From Candidatus Taylorbacteria bacterium RIFCSPHIGHO2_01_FULL_46_22b (GTDB taxonomy: Bacteria; Patescibacteriota; Minisyncoccia; Phycocordibacterales; DSPV01): DNA of 64,000 bases. The stretch lies in NCBI GenBank assembly GCA_001820875.1, contig MHRF01000004.1:17434-81433 (forward strand), in the 5' to 3' direction. Positions 54,187 through 64,000 of the stretch are shown here, in pieces; the first letter of the stretch is position 1, and every line of letters begins with the position of its first letter. Both the position numbers and the translations under genes were made by a program. The notes beneath the pieces are model-generated. The model ran no database searches. It was not told where the DNA came from and saw only the letters and a program-made list of their open reading frames with translations.

Positions 54187-54459
54187 TTAGAACTCTCGGC
54201 GAGGACCTCGCTCTTCGCGAGGACGTGCCTCATTCACGCGGATGCGGCGGCCATCGAGTTCCTTGCCGTCCCACATCTCAATTCCCTTCTGTGCATCGGC
54301 ATCCTCCATTTCGACGAAGCCGAAACCTCGGGATTTGCCGGTCATTCGGTCGGTCATTACCGTTGCCGAAGTCACGGTGCCAGCTTGAGCGAACGCAGTG
54401 CGCAAACCATCATCGTTTGTCGCCCACGCAAGTCCGCCGACATAAAGCTTTTTAGCCAT
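54187..54459 (-). CDS. RRM RNA-binding protein
   Basis: LYVGGL (RNP2) and RGFGFVEM (RNP1). Confidence 0.95.
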   Translation of the reverse strand: MAKKLYVGGLAWATNDDGLRTAFAQAGTVTSATVMTDRMTGKSRGFGFVEMEDADAQKGIEMWDGKELDGRRIRVNEARPREERGPRREF

Positions 54460-54613
54460 GAATTGACTTACTACCTAAACTAACACTCATAGCGCGACCT
54501 TCCCAAACTCGCGCCAGAGAAATCCACGGCCGAATTGAGAAACACTACGAAGAACCGATTATAACCTGACAATCTTAAAAAGCAAGTATGCTCTAAAGTG
54601 TTATTATCATTAT

Positions 54614-54775
54614 CGGGTCCCTCGTCAAAACACACCGAAGAGTTACCAACAAGGATGATGGAATAGCTGGTTGTAATCTAAGGAAGGTTGCCACCGCGAA
54701 TTTCGAAACCTACACTCGATGTGTGTTTTGTTTTCTCCCCGCAACCGGTTGTTTCCGGTTGCGGGGTTTGATTTT
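54614..54775 (+). ncRNA. Candidate stand-alone small RNA
   Basis: TG-T-TATTAT upstream; caaaacaca/tgtgttttg closing stem around two hairpins; 12-bp terminator ccccgcaaccgg/ccggttgcgggg plus T-run; no ORF. Confidence 0.4.
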
Positions 54776-55119
54776 TAAAATATATAAAAAAGAAGTGCCC
54801 CCCGCTCATCTAAGAGTAAGGGGGGCGGTGGACGAGTGCCCACTTATTTGTGATTTTGTTCGAATGGCGAGTGTAAGAACGTCGCCATACCAAGCATATG
54901 CTCATAATAAATAAATTGCAAGTGTAAAACGAAAGCCCGCTCACAAGTGAGACGGGCCTTTAATGCCTTTCGGCGAGTATTTTTCTAGGGAACACGATAA
55001 CCCTTGAGAAAGAACAATGAGCGATGGATGAGAACGGTGCTAGGATTGCTTGCCTCGCACCGCCACGATTTTCCGAAACGCGGACTCGTTGTTCTCCATT
55101 GCCTTTCAAGAAAGTGGCA

Positions 55120-55677
55120 CTAAGCCGGAACTGGGGTTGTGTTTGGGATGAGCACGCCGTTGTAGAAATTCCCAACTAACGACTCGTCTCCATCCTTTTC
55201 AAACCGGAACTGCCGCCCATCCTTTGTTTGGAGGGTGAAGCTGAATGAACCAGCTTCGATGAGGTTTGCGGGAAACTGTTTCCCTGCTGTGGTGACCACT
55301 GCATCCTCTTCGTTCTGATTGCTGGCCGGATCGAAAACGGAGCACTCAATTTTTTGATATCTCCATTCTGCAAGCAAGCGCTTGCGGTTTGTCCCGTACC
55401 GACCAAGCAGTCCCTCGACTGCTCCCTCTAGGATGCAATTACGCACCCCACCATCAATGCTCACGGCACCAGTGGCCTCGGCAACCTTAGCGAAAGCCTC
55501 TGCTGTCTTCTTCGCGGAAGCATAGCAGCCTTCGTGATCACCAGTCCCACCTGCCGGAAAAAACTGAATGGGAGAAGTCCAAGTGTTGATTTCACGGTTG
55601 GGGTCATCAATAAACTGACCCGCTACAAACGTATAACCCGCGTGCTGAAAGAAACCGAATTGATTGAATACAGTCAT
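55120..55677 (-). CDS. Hypothetical protein
   Basis: 185 aa, protein-like composition. Confidence 0.6.
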   Translation of the reverse strand: MTVFNQFGFFQHAGYTFVAGQFIDDPNREINTWTSPIQFFPAGGTGDHEGCYASAKKTAEAFAKVAEATGAVSIDGGVRNCILEGAVEGLLGRYGTNRKRLLAEWRYQKIECSVFDPASNQNEEDAVVTTAGKQFPANLIEAGSFSFTLQTKDGRQFRFEKDGDESLVGNFYNGVLIPNTTPVPA

Positions 55678-55968
55678 AGCAATGGAGTCTGCACTTTGGT
55701 CGGTAGTGCGTTCCGCTGTTGATTTTAGTTGGAAAGATCAACAGTCTAACTTTCACTACCTTACGAGATAGCTTTTTGCATGCCTCTGTTTTAACTGAAT
55801 GATTCGGAGAGGTATGCAAGAAGCTATCTCGTAGTGCCACCGTTTCAATGTTCACTATCCTAGATATAATTATATCATAAATTAACATATTGTCAATGAT
55901 GCAGTCTGTCAAAAAATGGCTTCGTTAAGGCCTATTCAGCCCTATTTCCTTTATGATACAATTTCGAC

Positions 55969-56940
55969 ATGTCCGAGAAAAAAAATAAAGTTTCGACTGA
56001 ACCGTATAAAGGCGTGCGGGATTTCTATCCGGAAGAAATGGCTGTTCAGAATTATATTTTCTCTGTGTGGCGATCTGTAGCAGAAAAATTCGGCTATGCA
56101 GAATACAGCGCTTCCCTGCTTGAATATGCCGACTTGTATCGAAGCAAAGGAAGCGATGAAATCGTCAACGATCAAATGTATGTGTTCACCGACAAAGGCG
56201 ATCGCGAAGTGGCTCTCCGGCCTGAAATGACTCCATCTCTTGCACGTATGATTGCGGCAAAACGCAAAGCACTTAAATTCCCCCTGCGCTGGTATTCCAT
56301 CCCCAATGTTTTCCGATATGAACGTCCACAGAGAGGTCGCCGGCGCGAACACTGGCAACTCAATTGTGATCTGATGGGTATCGCAGGGATTGAAGCGGAA
56401 GTTGAAGTCATTTCCCTTGCCCATGCAACCATGAAAAAATTCGGGGCAAAAGATGAGGATTTTCAGATTAGGATAAATGACCGCCGTCGTTTTGATGAAG
56501 CTCTGAATGCTAGTGGTGATGTCTCAGAGAGTACTCGAAAAGCGGTTATGAGAGTCATGGATGGATGGGAGAAAAATGATAATTCAAAACAAGAATTAAT
56601 CAGGAATTTAGGAGAAGAAAAATCTGAACAGTTCTTGAGTTATTTGGAAAAAAATAAAAGTGCGAAATTGCTTGATGAATTGGTCAGTCAACTAGATTCT
56701 AAGGGGATAAAAAACTGCGTTATCGATATAAATATAACTCGCGGCTTCGACTACTATACGGGCATGGTTTTTGAAGTCTTTGACACCAACCCCGAAAATC
56801 GCCGATCTCTTTTTGGCGGCGGACGCTACGATAACCTGCTCGAAATGTTTGGTGTCGATCCGGTTCCTACTGTTGGCTTTGGTATGGGAGATGTAACCAT
56901 CAAAGACTTCTTGGTTACGCACAATCTTCCATTAAAATAA
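55969..56940 (+). CDS. hisS: Histidine--tRNA ligase, catalytic domain only
   Basis: KGVRDF, LRPEMT, FRYERPQRGR.REHWQ, RGFDYYTG and GGGRYD motifs; stops before the anticodon-binding domain. Confidence 0.88.
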   Translation: MSEKKNKVSTEPYKGVRDFYPEEMAVQNYIFSVWRSVAEKFGYAEYSASLLEYADLYRSKGSDEIVNDQMYVFTDKGDREVALRPEMTPSLARMIAAKRKALKFPLRWYSIPNVFRYERPQRGRRREHWQLNCDLMGIAGIEAEVEVISLAHATMKKFGAKDEDFQIRINDRRRFDEALNASGDVSESTRKAVMRVMDGWEKNDNSKQELIRNLGEEKSEQFLSYLEKNKSAKLLDELVSQLDSKGIKNCVIDINITRGFDYYTGMVFEVFDTNPENRRSLFGGGRYDNLLEMFGVDPVPTVGFGMGDVTIKDFLVTHNLPLK

Positions 56941-56946
56941 TTTCCC

Positions 56947-57522
56947 ATGCGAAAAATCGTTTTTGATATTGAGACGAGTAATTTTTTCGACGAAACGGGA
57001 AGTAATGATCCCGCCTCCCTTTCAATCGCCTGCGTGTGTATTCACGATTCGGAAACTAATACCTATCAGAGCTTTACCGAAGAGACACTCACTGATCTCT
57101 GGCCGATACTGGAAAAAACAGACGTCTTGATTGGATTCAATTCCGATCACTTTGATATCCCGCTTTTAAACAAATACTATCGTGGCGACCTCACCAAAAA
57201 ACTCAAAAGCATTGATCTGCTGAAAGAAGTAAAAAAATCGCTCGGACGGCGATTAAAACTCGACACGTTAGCCGGCGCAACGCTCGGACGTAACAAAACT
57301 GCAGACGGTGCGCTTGCAGGAGTCTGGTGGAAAAATGGCGAGCGAGAAAAAGTAATCCAATACTGCATTGAAGACGTCCGAATCACCAAAGATCTCTACG
57401 ACTACGCGCGAGAACATAAACACCTTAAATATCGAGATGGGCAAACACTCAAAGACATTCCGCTCGACCCATCAGAATGGGAGACTATTTCCGCAACACC
57501 CAACACTGCGTCTTTGTTTTAA
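56947..57522 (+). CDS. Ribonuclease H-like (DEDD, YprB-like) protein
   Basis: FDIET, GFNS..FD and YCIEDV motifs. Confidence 0.85.
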   Translation: MRKIVFDIETSNFFDETGSNDPASLSIACVCIHDSETNTYQSFTEETLTDLWPILEKTDVLIGFNSDHFDIPLLNKYYRGDLTKKLKSIDLLKEVKKSLGRRLKLDTLAGATLGRNKTADGALAGVWWKNGEREKVIQYCIEDVRITKDLYDYAREHKHLKYRDGQTLKDIPLDPSEWETISATPNTASLF

Positions 57523-57559
57523 GCTTTACAGAATGGGTGCAATTTGATAATTTTCCCTT

Positions 57560-57800
57560 GACCGTACACAACGTGCGAGACCTACGGTTACCGTCAATCG
57601 GTCTTGCACTGGTTTGCCCACATGACGTCCTACGGTCGGGCAATACTACAAACAGAGGCACAGCGGGATAAGACCTCGTCCCGGATATCCTGTGAAAAGA
57701 GGTGGCGTCGGGAAGACCTTGTTTCAAGGACGACCCTTCGAATAAGTAAACTGGTTGAGAACGCGCGCTTCAGTGCTGCCGATATCTCAACCAGTTTCCT
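57560..57800 (+). ncRNA. Candidate multi-hairpin ncRNA
   Basis: Five consecutive hairpins with G.U pairs favouring the plus strand; TTTACA-17-TAATTT upstream. Confidence 0.4.
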
Positions 57801-57803
57801 TTT

Positions 57804-58607
57804 TTATATACACACAAAAACCAGTATCGCCAATCCCACTCGATACCAGATAAACAAATTAAGATTATGTTTGGAGAGATACTTGATAAGGAAATGAATG
57901 GCAAAAAATCCCGATACGAAAGCAATGAGGGAACCGAAAAACAATTCTGATCCAAATGACGTCAAAAATCCGGCACTGCCAAGTTCAAATAATTTCTTTA
58001 CACCCGAACCGAGCAAAATAGGGAGCGCGAGCAAAAAACTGAATCGAGTTGCCTCAACACGCGAAAGGCCGTTAAGAAGTCCACCTGCAATTGTTGCACC
58101 TGAACGAGAAATCCCCGGCACCAGCGCAAGGGCCTGAAAAAAACCAATGAGGCCTCCGCGAAGCGTTGAGAGTGGTTTATCTTGCTTACCGAAACGATCG
58201 GCGATATACATCAGCAGTGCGCCGATAAGCAACGTCCAAGCAACTACCGCGCCGGATCGAAATACAGTCTCCATATATTTCTCAAGCAATAAACCCAAAA
58301 TAACTGCAGGAATCGTGCCGATAATTATTGCCTTAAGAAGGGTCCGGTCTGAAAAATCAGTTTCTGCGCGAACCAACCATCGAACAGACGTACGAATGAG
58401 AGCGGAAATTTCTTTTCGAAAGTAGAGCACCACGGCAAATGTCGCTGCCAACTGGAGGACCGCATCAAACGCGAGATCTTCCGGCCCTGCAACAATACCA
58501 AACAACTTCCGTATCAGTATCAAATGCCCCGAAGATGAAACCGGTATAAATTCAGTGAGTCCCTCCGTCAATCCCAAAATACCGCTAAACAAAAAATCCA
58601 TATACAC
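57804..58607 (-). CDS. uppP: Undecaprenyl-diphosphate phosphatase
   Basis: EGLTEFIPVSSSGHL and PGISRSGAT motifs. Confidence 0.96.
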   Translation of the reverse strand: MYMDFLFSGILGLTEGLTEFIPVSSSGHLILIRKLFGIVAGPEDLAFDAVLQLAATFAVVLYFRKEISALIRTSVRWLVRAETDFSDRTLLKAIIIGTIPAVILGLLLEKYMETVFRSGAVVAWTLLIGALLMYIADRFGKQDKPLSTLRGGLIGFFQALALVPGISRSGATIAGGLLNGLSRVEATRFSFLLALPILLGSGVKKLFELGSAGFLTSFGSELFFGSLIAFVSGFFAIHFLIKYLSKHNLNLFIWYRVGLAILVFVCI

Positions 58608-58700
58608 ATCACTATAACATCAATACTTTCCGTCTGAAATATTTGTCAAAAGAGAACGAGTTGTATACAATTGCCCTGTTATCTATCTCATAAAAAATAT

Positions 58701-59507
58701 ATGGATGAACAGTCTGTACAAAAGAATTCTCTTACCGTCCCGATCGCGATTGTAATTGCCGGAGTGCTCATTGCAGGTGCCCTCTATCTTTCACGCGGTG
58801 GCAGCACACAACCAGCAACTTCTCAAGGGCAAGATACCCAAGCACAACCGACAGTTAATCGAGAAATTATCGTCAGGCCCGTGAGTACACGAGATCACAT
58901 ACTAGGAAACCCAGATGCGCCAGTCGGATTCATTGTCTATACCGATCTTGAGTGTCCTTTCTGTAAATCATTCCACAACACCATGCACAAAATCACAGAT
59001 GCCTATGGAAAAGACGGGAAAGTCGCTTGGGTATATCGAAGCTTCCCTCTTCCCCAATTACACCCTAAAGCACCTGCAGAAGCGGTCGCCACAGAATGTG
59101 TGAGTATGCTTGCCGGCAATACTGCCTATTGGAGCTACGTGGACAGTCTTTTCCAAATCACCCCTTCAAACAACGGACTTGACCTTGCAGAACTTCCTAA
59201 ACTTGCAAAAAACCTGAACATTGATGAGAGTAGATTCACTGCATGTTCTACTGATGAAAAAAATACCGCTGCTGTCCAAAAAGACTACGAGGAAGCGATA
59301 AGTGCTGGCGGACAAGGAACACCTTTCTCTGTGATCGTTTCTGCTAAACCACTGAATGTTCTCACCCTCAACAAGATTAAAACGCTGACTACTCAATACC
59401 CGCCGGACACCTTTGTGTTTTCAACTGACAACAAGCGAATCGCCATGAGCGGTGCACTCCCATATGAAACCGTTTCGCAAGTAATTGAGGCGATTCTCGC
59501 GAACTAA
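58701..59507 (+). CDS. DsbA-like thioredoxin-domain protein
   Basis: TM anchor, DLECPFC, FPL..LHP and GTP motifs. Confidence 0.9.
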   Translation: MDEQSVQKNSLTVPIAIVIAGVLIAGALYLSRGGSTQPATSQGQDTQAQPTVNREIIVRPVSTRDHILGNPDAPVGFIVYTDLECPFCKSFHNTMHKITDAYGKDGKVAWVYRSFPLPQLHPKAPAEAVATECVSMLAGNTAYWSYVDSLFQITPSNNGLDLAELPKLAKNLNIDESRFTACSTDEKNTAAVQKDYEEAISAGGQGTPFSVIVSAKPLNVLTLNKIKTLTTQYPPDTFVFSTDNKRIAMSGALPYETVSQVIEAILAN

Positions 59508-62506
59508 ACAACAAGTGATCGAAGAACGCAAAACTCGCATTCTCTGTCGTCACAAGTTTGATCCCAAAAAGCAAGAGATCTGATTTCTTCGGCTACTTTG
59601 GTAACCTCACCCTGCACTGACAATGCATCTTCGGGAGACATAAAAAACCTTTCAGGGGCGTGCAATTTTCCTTTGTTATCAGGTTCAACAAAATCAATTC
59701 CTGCGGACACCATCTCATACTTCCCCTTCTCATGCAGATCGAGCAAAAGCCGATAGAAATTCAATTGGCGTTTGATATCGCCGCTTGCATTCTTCGTATT
59801 TCCTAAAATCTCATTCCGAGTTCTGCGAGCACCCGTTTTATAATCAACAACGTGCACTGCCCTCCCTTCCAATAATTCCAATTTGTCCAGCCGACCCCGT
59901 AGCAACAACTGTTTGCCATCAGAAAGTGCTAGGAATACACCGCTGATCGGGTATTCTGCAAGCGAATTATCGTGCCAATGGGGGGCGCGCGCATCAAAAT
60001 ACATCTCGAGCGTCTTCTTTCCTTTTTTATTTAGACGCCCTAAATCAGACTTGGTAATTGGAAGACGAACCAATGTGCGAGTAAAGACTTCAAAAAAATC
60101 TTTCTTCAAAAATTTAACTCCAGTGCGACGCGCATCTGCAAATGCTTTCAATGCGGCGTGCACTGATGTTCCAAAATAGAGATACGGTGCTGGAATATCC
60201 GGTAAACGAATAAGATTCTTGAAAAAATATTTCCACGGACAAGTAAGGTAGTTATTAAGCGCAGTGGCATTCATCCCCTGCTCTAAAAACAGTTTCTCAA
60301 GAAATTCTCTGTCCCATTGCCGCTTCAAACTTGGCATTGCCAGCGTACTTTTCACTATACGAGCAAATCGTTCAATCCCACTGTAAGCCTTTCCTTCGAT
60401 CCGTTCAATCCCCTCCGGCGGCAATTCTTCCACAAAGCGAGAGGGGAGACGCTCACGGCCATTTTCATCAGCATGAGACAGCGTGATGGTCGCTTTTTCT
60501 TTTGCCCGTGTCAATGCGACATAAAACAATCGCCGCTCATCTTCATCTGTTTCACTTTCTCCTGCAGAAAAAAGTGGAGATGGAAGACGAAATGACCCGA
60601 TGGATCGGCGATTTCCCCAGACTCGATCTACTGCATTGCTGATATACACTTGTTTCCATTCGAGCCCTTTTGATTTATGCGCAGTCATTACCGATACCCC
60701 TCCTGACGAAACAAAAGAACGAGAAAACTTCAACGGACTTCCGTGCCGGATAAGCCGATCTATTGAGGTGACGAAGTCTTTCAACTTTGCATCTTTATGT
60801 GTGCTCAAAAATGCTTTGATGGCATCGTAGAGACCCGCAAGCTTAGCAAGTTTTTGCAGAGAATCCTGTTTTCCAACCAGATATGACTCAAATCCCGATT
60901 CTCGAACTACCGTTAAAAAGGCGTCAAGGGCGCTCTCATTGTGAGCACATTGCATCCATCGAACAAATTTTTCTGACAAGATCTGCGCCGCTTTTTCATC
61001 AACTAATATCGCTCGGTGTTTCTTGCTGTTTAGAATTTCAAGCGGGGAACGCCTCTCCCCTGAAGCTTGGCGATTTATATGCACCGCATCAATCGGATGT
61101 ATTCCTAAAAAATCAATGAGAAGCATACCTCCCACATATTCATCACGATCCGGAAAAATCACTGCATGAAAGAGAAGAAACAACTTGTGCATGTCAGGAT
61201 CTGCTAACACGTCATCATCAGCAAAAAGAGTAAACGGAACTTGGTGCGCCGCAAGAACCCGCCCAAAATCAGATAGTTCACTATTAGTTCTTGCAAGAAT
61301 CACTATATCTTCCGGTGTAACTTCATTCTTCTTTATTGCATCAGCAATCAGTGAAACGATTCCCTCACGCTCATCTGCAAGAGTCTCATAAGAAATCACC
61401 TCCACACGGTGGACAGAGCGCGCACTCGTCGAAGCCGAAGTCAAATGCGGACGCAGTAATGGATCAACATCGACATGAGAAGACATCAGCGCATGGGACG
61501 CATCAAGAATACGCTGACTTGAACGATAATTAGTATCGAGAGATATGATTTTTGCTTCCGGAAATTTCTTGCGGAAATACAGAAAATTTTCTAGAGACGC
61601 TCCTTGAAATCTATAGATGGCCTGCTTTTCGTCTCCCACAATAAAAAGATTCTTGGTATCGCGGTAGTCGCAGAGAAGTTCGAGCACTGTATTCTGCGAA
61701 TTGTTGGCATCCTGATGCTCGTCTGCAAGTACATACAGATATTCCTCCTGCAATGTGCGCAACAAATTCTTGTGTTTCTGCAATCCTTCAACCAATGAGA
61801 GAAGCATGTCTTCAAAATCATAGAGTTCTCGTCGGCGCAATTCCTTTTCATATGCACCATACAGAACTCCTAATTCTTTGTTTTTTGTATTGTTATGCAC
61901 ATCATCTATATATTCTTTCTTCAGTTCGCCTTTTAACCTTCCTTTCTCATGATATTTGTCAGTAGCCTTCAAGAGATGTGCTTTTTCTTTTGAGAGAAGT
62001 GCGTTAAACGCATGTGGAGCAATACCATCGCGTTTCAAATCAGAAATTACCGAAAGCGCTTTGCGCACATAGAGTGTCGGTTTCCCAAAAGGACGGATAA
62101 TTTCAAAATCGCCTTCCGAAAGAGCTTCTTCAATAATTTCAAGTTTCTCGCTCTCGGATGCCACAGCTCCGCCAATAATTCGCGGGAAATATTCCGGAAA
62201 ACGGGATATGACTTCCTGCGCAAACCCATGGAAAGTATAGAGAGGCACTCGATATGCTTCTGCACCAATATATTCCACTAATTTCCTCCGCATCGAGTGG
62301 ACACCGGACTCGGTAAAAGTTAGTCCTAAAATGCCATTAGCGGGCGTATCAGTCCGACGTAGTATATTAGCTATCCGAAGCGTTAGAATGCTTGTTTTAC
62401 CTGTTCCAGGGCCTGCAATTACCATCACCGGCCCTTCTATGCTGTCTACAGCCTCTTTCTGTGCGGGATTAAGGGTTTTGTACTTCTTATCGAAGGCGGA
62501 AATCAT
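59504..62506 (-). CDS. UvrD/PcrA-family helicase fused to a PD-(D/E)XK nuclease (AdnA/AdnB-like)
   Basis: AGPGTGKT, DEHQD, VGDEKQAIYRF, HKSKGLE and ERRLFYVALTRA; C-terminal GRLDK..VDYKTG with Cys cluster. Confidence 0.92.
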   Translation of the reverse strand: MISAFDKKYKTLNPAQKEAVDSIEGPVMVIAGPGTGKTSILTLRIANILRRTDTPANGILGLTFTESGVHSMRRKLVEYIGAEAYRVPLYTFHGFAQEVISRFPEYFPRIIGGAVASESEKLEIIEEALSEGDFEIIRPFGKPTLYVRKALSVISDLKRDGIAPHAFNALLSKEKAHLLKATDKYHEKGRLKGELKKEYIDDVHNNTKNKELGVLYGAYEKELRRRELYDFEDMLLSLVEGLQKHKNLLRTLQEEYLYVLADEHQDANNSQNTVLELLCDYRDTKNLFIVGDEKQAIYRFQGASLENFLYFRKKFPEAKIISLDTNYRSSQRILDASHALMSSHVDVDPLLRPHLTSASTSARSVHRVEVISYETLADEREGIVSLIADAIKKNEVTPEDIVILARTNSELSDFGRVLAAHQVPFTLFADDDVLADPDMHKLFLLFHAVIFPDRDEYVGGMLLIDFLGIHPIDAVHINRQASGERRSPLEILNSKKHRAILVDEKAAQILSEKFVRWMQCAHNESALDAFLTVVRESGFESYLVGKQDSLQKLAKLAGLYDAIKAFLSTHKDAKLKDFVTSIDRLIRHGSPLKFSRSFVSSGGVSVMTAHKSKGLEWKQVYISNAVDRVWGNRRSIGSFRLPSPLFSAGESETDEDERRLFYVALTRAKEKATITLSHADENGRERLPSRFVEELPPEGIERIEGKAYSGIERFARIVKSTLAMPSLKRQWDREFLEKLFLEQGMNATALNNYLTCPWKYFFKNLIRLPDIPAPYLYFGTSVHAALKAFADARRTGVKFLKKDFFEVFTRTLVRLPITKSDLGRLNKKGKKTLEMYFDARAPHWHDNSLAEYPISGVFLALSDGKQLLLRGRLDKLELLEGRAVHVVDYKTGARRTRNEILGNTKNASGDIKRQLNFYRLLLDLHEKGKYEMVSAGIDFVEPDNKGKLHAPERFFMSPEDALSVQGEVTKVAEEIRSLAFWDQTCDDRECEFCVLRSLVV

Positions 62507-62627
62507 GCCAAAAGTATAGCATGTGGCACTCCTATATTTCCGTCTATTTCATATTGCTTTTACGATAAAAAAGAATAGTATTCTCTTTCAGAACACATCA
62601 ACCGCAACCTGCAGCATTCCAGACGCT

Positions 62628-63947
62628 ATGAAACCGCACGTTTACAAATTCGGCGGGTCTTCACTCGCCAACCCCGAGAGAATTCGGGAAGCCATTCAGA
62701 TGGTGCGATGCGATCCGAAATGTCTCTCGGTAGTCGTTTCGGCCTTTGGTGCTCGCTTCAAAGGAGACCTGAAAGCAACCGATCTCCTGTTGCGATACGT
62801 GGCAAAGATCGAACAACCTCGTCAGCAAGCAAAAATCCTTACACAGGTAAAAGCCCGATTCGCAGAAATCGCCGCTGGGTTTGAGGAAACTGCGAGTTTC
62901 GATACCAACAGGTACTGGGACCACATGGCGAAAATCTTCGCCGCCAACAAGCATGCAGACTTCTTTATTACTCGCGGAGAACACTGCATGGCAAGACTGA
63001 TGGCTCTCATACTCGGATTCCGGTTCGTGGATGCAACGGAGTTCATCAGGTTGGAAAGAGGGTGTTACCTTCTTGAGCAAAGCAAAAGGCAGGCGAAAAA
63101 AATTCGCCTTGCTGAAACGCCATCAGTCGTCCCTGGATTCTATGGGCTCACACTGGGAGGGTTTGTACAAGCTTTCCAGCGTGGCGGATCGGATATCTCC
63201 GGAGCAATGGGAGCAGAGCTCCTTGAGGCAGAGACCTACTTCAACTGCACTGATGTCAACGGAGTTCTCGATGCGAATCCGGATTTAGTCCCGAATGCGC
63301 AGACCATTCCGATCATGAGCTTTGATGAGCTCGGCGAAATGGCCAGTCGAGGAGCAAGCGTGGTGCATTCGTACGCGCTACGGCCGGTACGCAGAGCCCG
63401 CATCCCAGTCATCGTCAGAAACACCCGAAATCCAGAGCATCAGGGAACTCTCATCACACGACGAGAAGACATCCCAACCCGCATCCCAGGGAGCATTCTT
63501 GGACTTGCGGGGCGTAATGGGTTCCTGCCGATAATCATCAGCAAAGACGGCATGGATGAGGAAGTCGCGTTTCTAGCCACCGTCACTCGGATATTTGCTG
63601 ACCATGGGCTTAACATCGAACACATACCGGATAGCAGAAATGCAATTACGGTTATTGTGAACGGAAAAGCATTCAGAAGGGTTGAGAAAGCAATTCGAAA
63701 TGACTTGGCAAAAAAGTGCCATCCCGATTCGATCTCCATCGGAAATGAATTGGCTCTCGTCTGCGTAGTTGGAGCCGCGATGAGGGAACACTCCGGCGTT
63801 GCCGCGCAAATCCTCAACACACTTGCCAGCGAAAGGATAAGTGTCTCCACCATCAGTCAAGGAGGGAGCGAGATCAGTATCGTGCTGGGCATCTCCAACG
63901 ATAAATACGAAGCAGCCATGCGTGCTCTCCACGCAGGACTACTCTGA
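62628..63947 (+). CDS. lysC: Aspartate kinase with two ACT domains
   Basis: VYKFGGSS, VVSA, RGGSD, TDVNG..ANP and GASVVH motifs; start set at ATG 62628. Confidence 0.9.
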   Translation: MKPHVYKFGGSSLANPERIREAIQMVRCDPKCLSVVVSAFGARFKGDLKATDLLLRYVAKIEQPRQQAKILTQVKARFAEIAAGFEETASFDTNRYWDHMAKIFAANKHADFFITRGEHCMARLMALILGFRFVDATEFIRLERGCYLLEQSKRQAKKIRLAETPSVVPGFYGLTLGGFVQAFQRGGSDISGAMGAELLEAETYFNCTDVNGVLDANPDLVPNAQTIPIMSFDELGEMASRGASVVHSYALRPVRRARIPVIVRNTRNPEHQGTLITRREDIPTRIPGSILGLAGRNGFLPIIISKDGMDEEVAFLATVTRIFADHGLNIEHIPDSRNAITVIVNGKAFRRVEKAIRNDLAKKCHPDSISIGNELALVCVVGAAMREHSGVAAQILNTLASERISVSTISQGGSEISIVLGISNDKYEAAMRALHAGLL

Positions 63948-63962
63948 ACAGTTGACTCAACC

Positions 63963-63993
63963 AGCGTCCCGCCTTGGCGGGACGCTTTCTTTT
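63963..63993 (+). terminator. Intrinsic terminator
   Basis: agcgtcccgcc/ggcgggacgct plus T-run. Confidence 0.8.
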
Positions 63994-64000
63994 GTGTGTA

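Noticed and set aside
55969-56940. HisZ instead of HisRS
   Set aside because: The HisRS-specific LRPEMT, FRYERPQ, RGFDYY and GGGRYD motifs are intact, and no his operon is nearby.
56947-57522. DEDD nuclease as the array effector (TasR or IS110-like)
   Set aside because: It looks like a stand-alone YprB/RNase H-like protein with no Nop domain, and it lies 35 kb away among housekeeping genes.
1-64000. Second DGR variable region
   Set aside because: I saw no further copy of gtgggccttggtgcctcccgg by eye; remote targets outside the window remain possible.

Overview
A 64-kb chromosomal segment that looks like Patescibacteria/CPR (probably Parcubacteria). This is inferred from the gene set, the reduced housekeeping proteins and the use of the standard genetic code. 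The core genes are pbp2-mreD-mreC-mreB-proS, rseP-frr-holB-mreB2, HTH-murA, priA-def-fmt, hpf, hisS, uppP, a UvrD-like helicase-nuclease and an aspartokinase. They flank an accessory stretch of about 21-56 kb. Four things stand out. (1) An ORF-free cassette of about 1 kb (21222-22220) lies between 12-bp inverted repeats and has its own promoter. It holds 10 stem-loop units, each reading stem-AGA-N9-linker-GA-N9-TAHR-stem on the minus strand. This is the two-spacer architecture of TIGR-type guide-RNA arrays, but I recognised no Tas/Nop-domain effector in the window. (2) A phage-satellite-like island of about 11.7 kb sits at the 3' end of tRNA-Asn, with a large serine recombinase, TerS, an HTH replication protein and SIR2/HEPN-like cargo. 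It carries a complete diversity-generating retroelement (DGR): VR and TR are 106 bp with 18 mismatches, all at TR adenines, and avd is inverted head-to-head with the RT. (3) Two homologous structured minus-strand leader RNAs bracket the DGR and could form an antisense/attenuation switch. (4) A group I intron interrupts the tRNA-Asn(GUU) anticodon. All calls come from reading the sequence by eye; no database searches were run.
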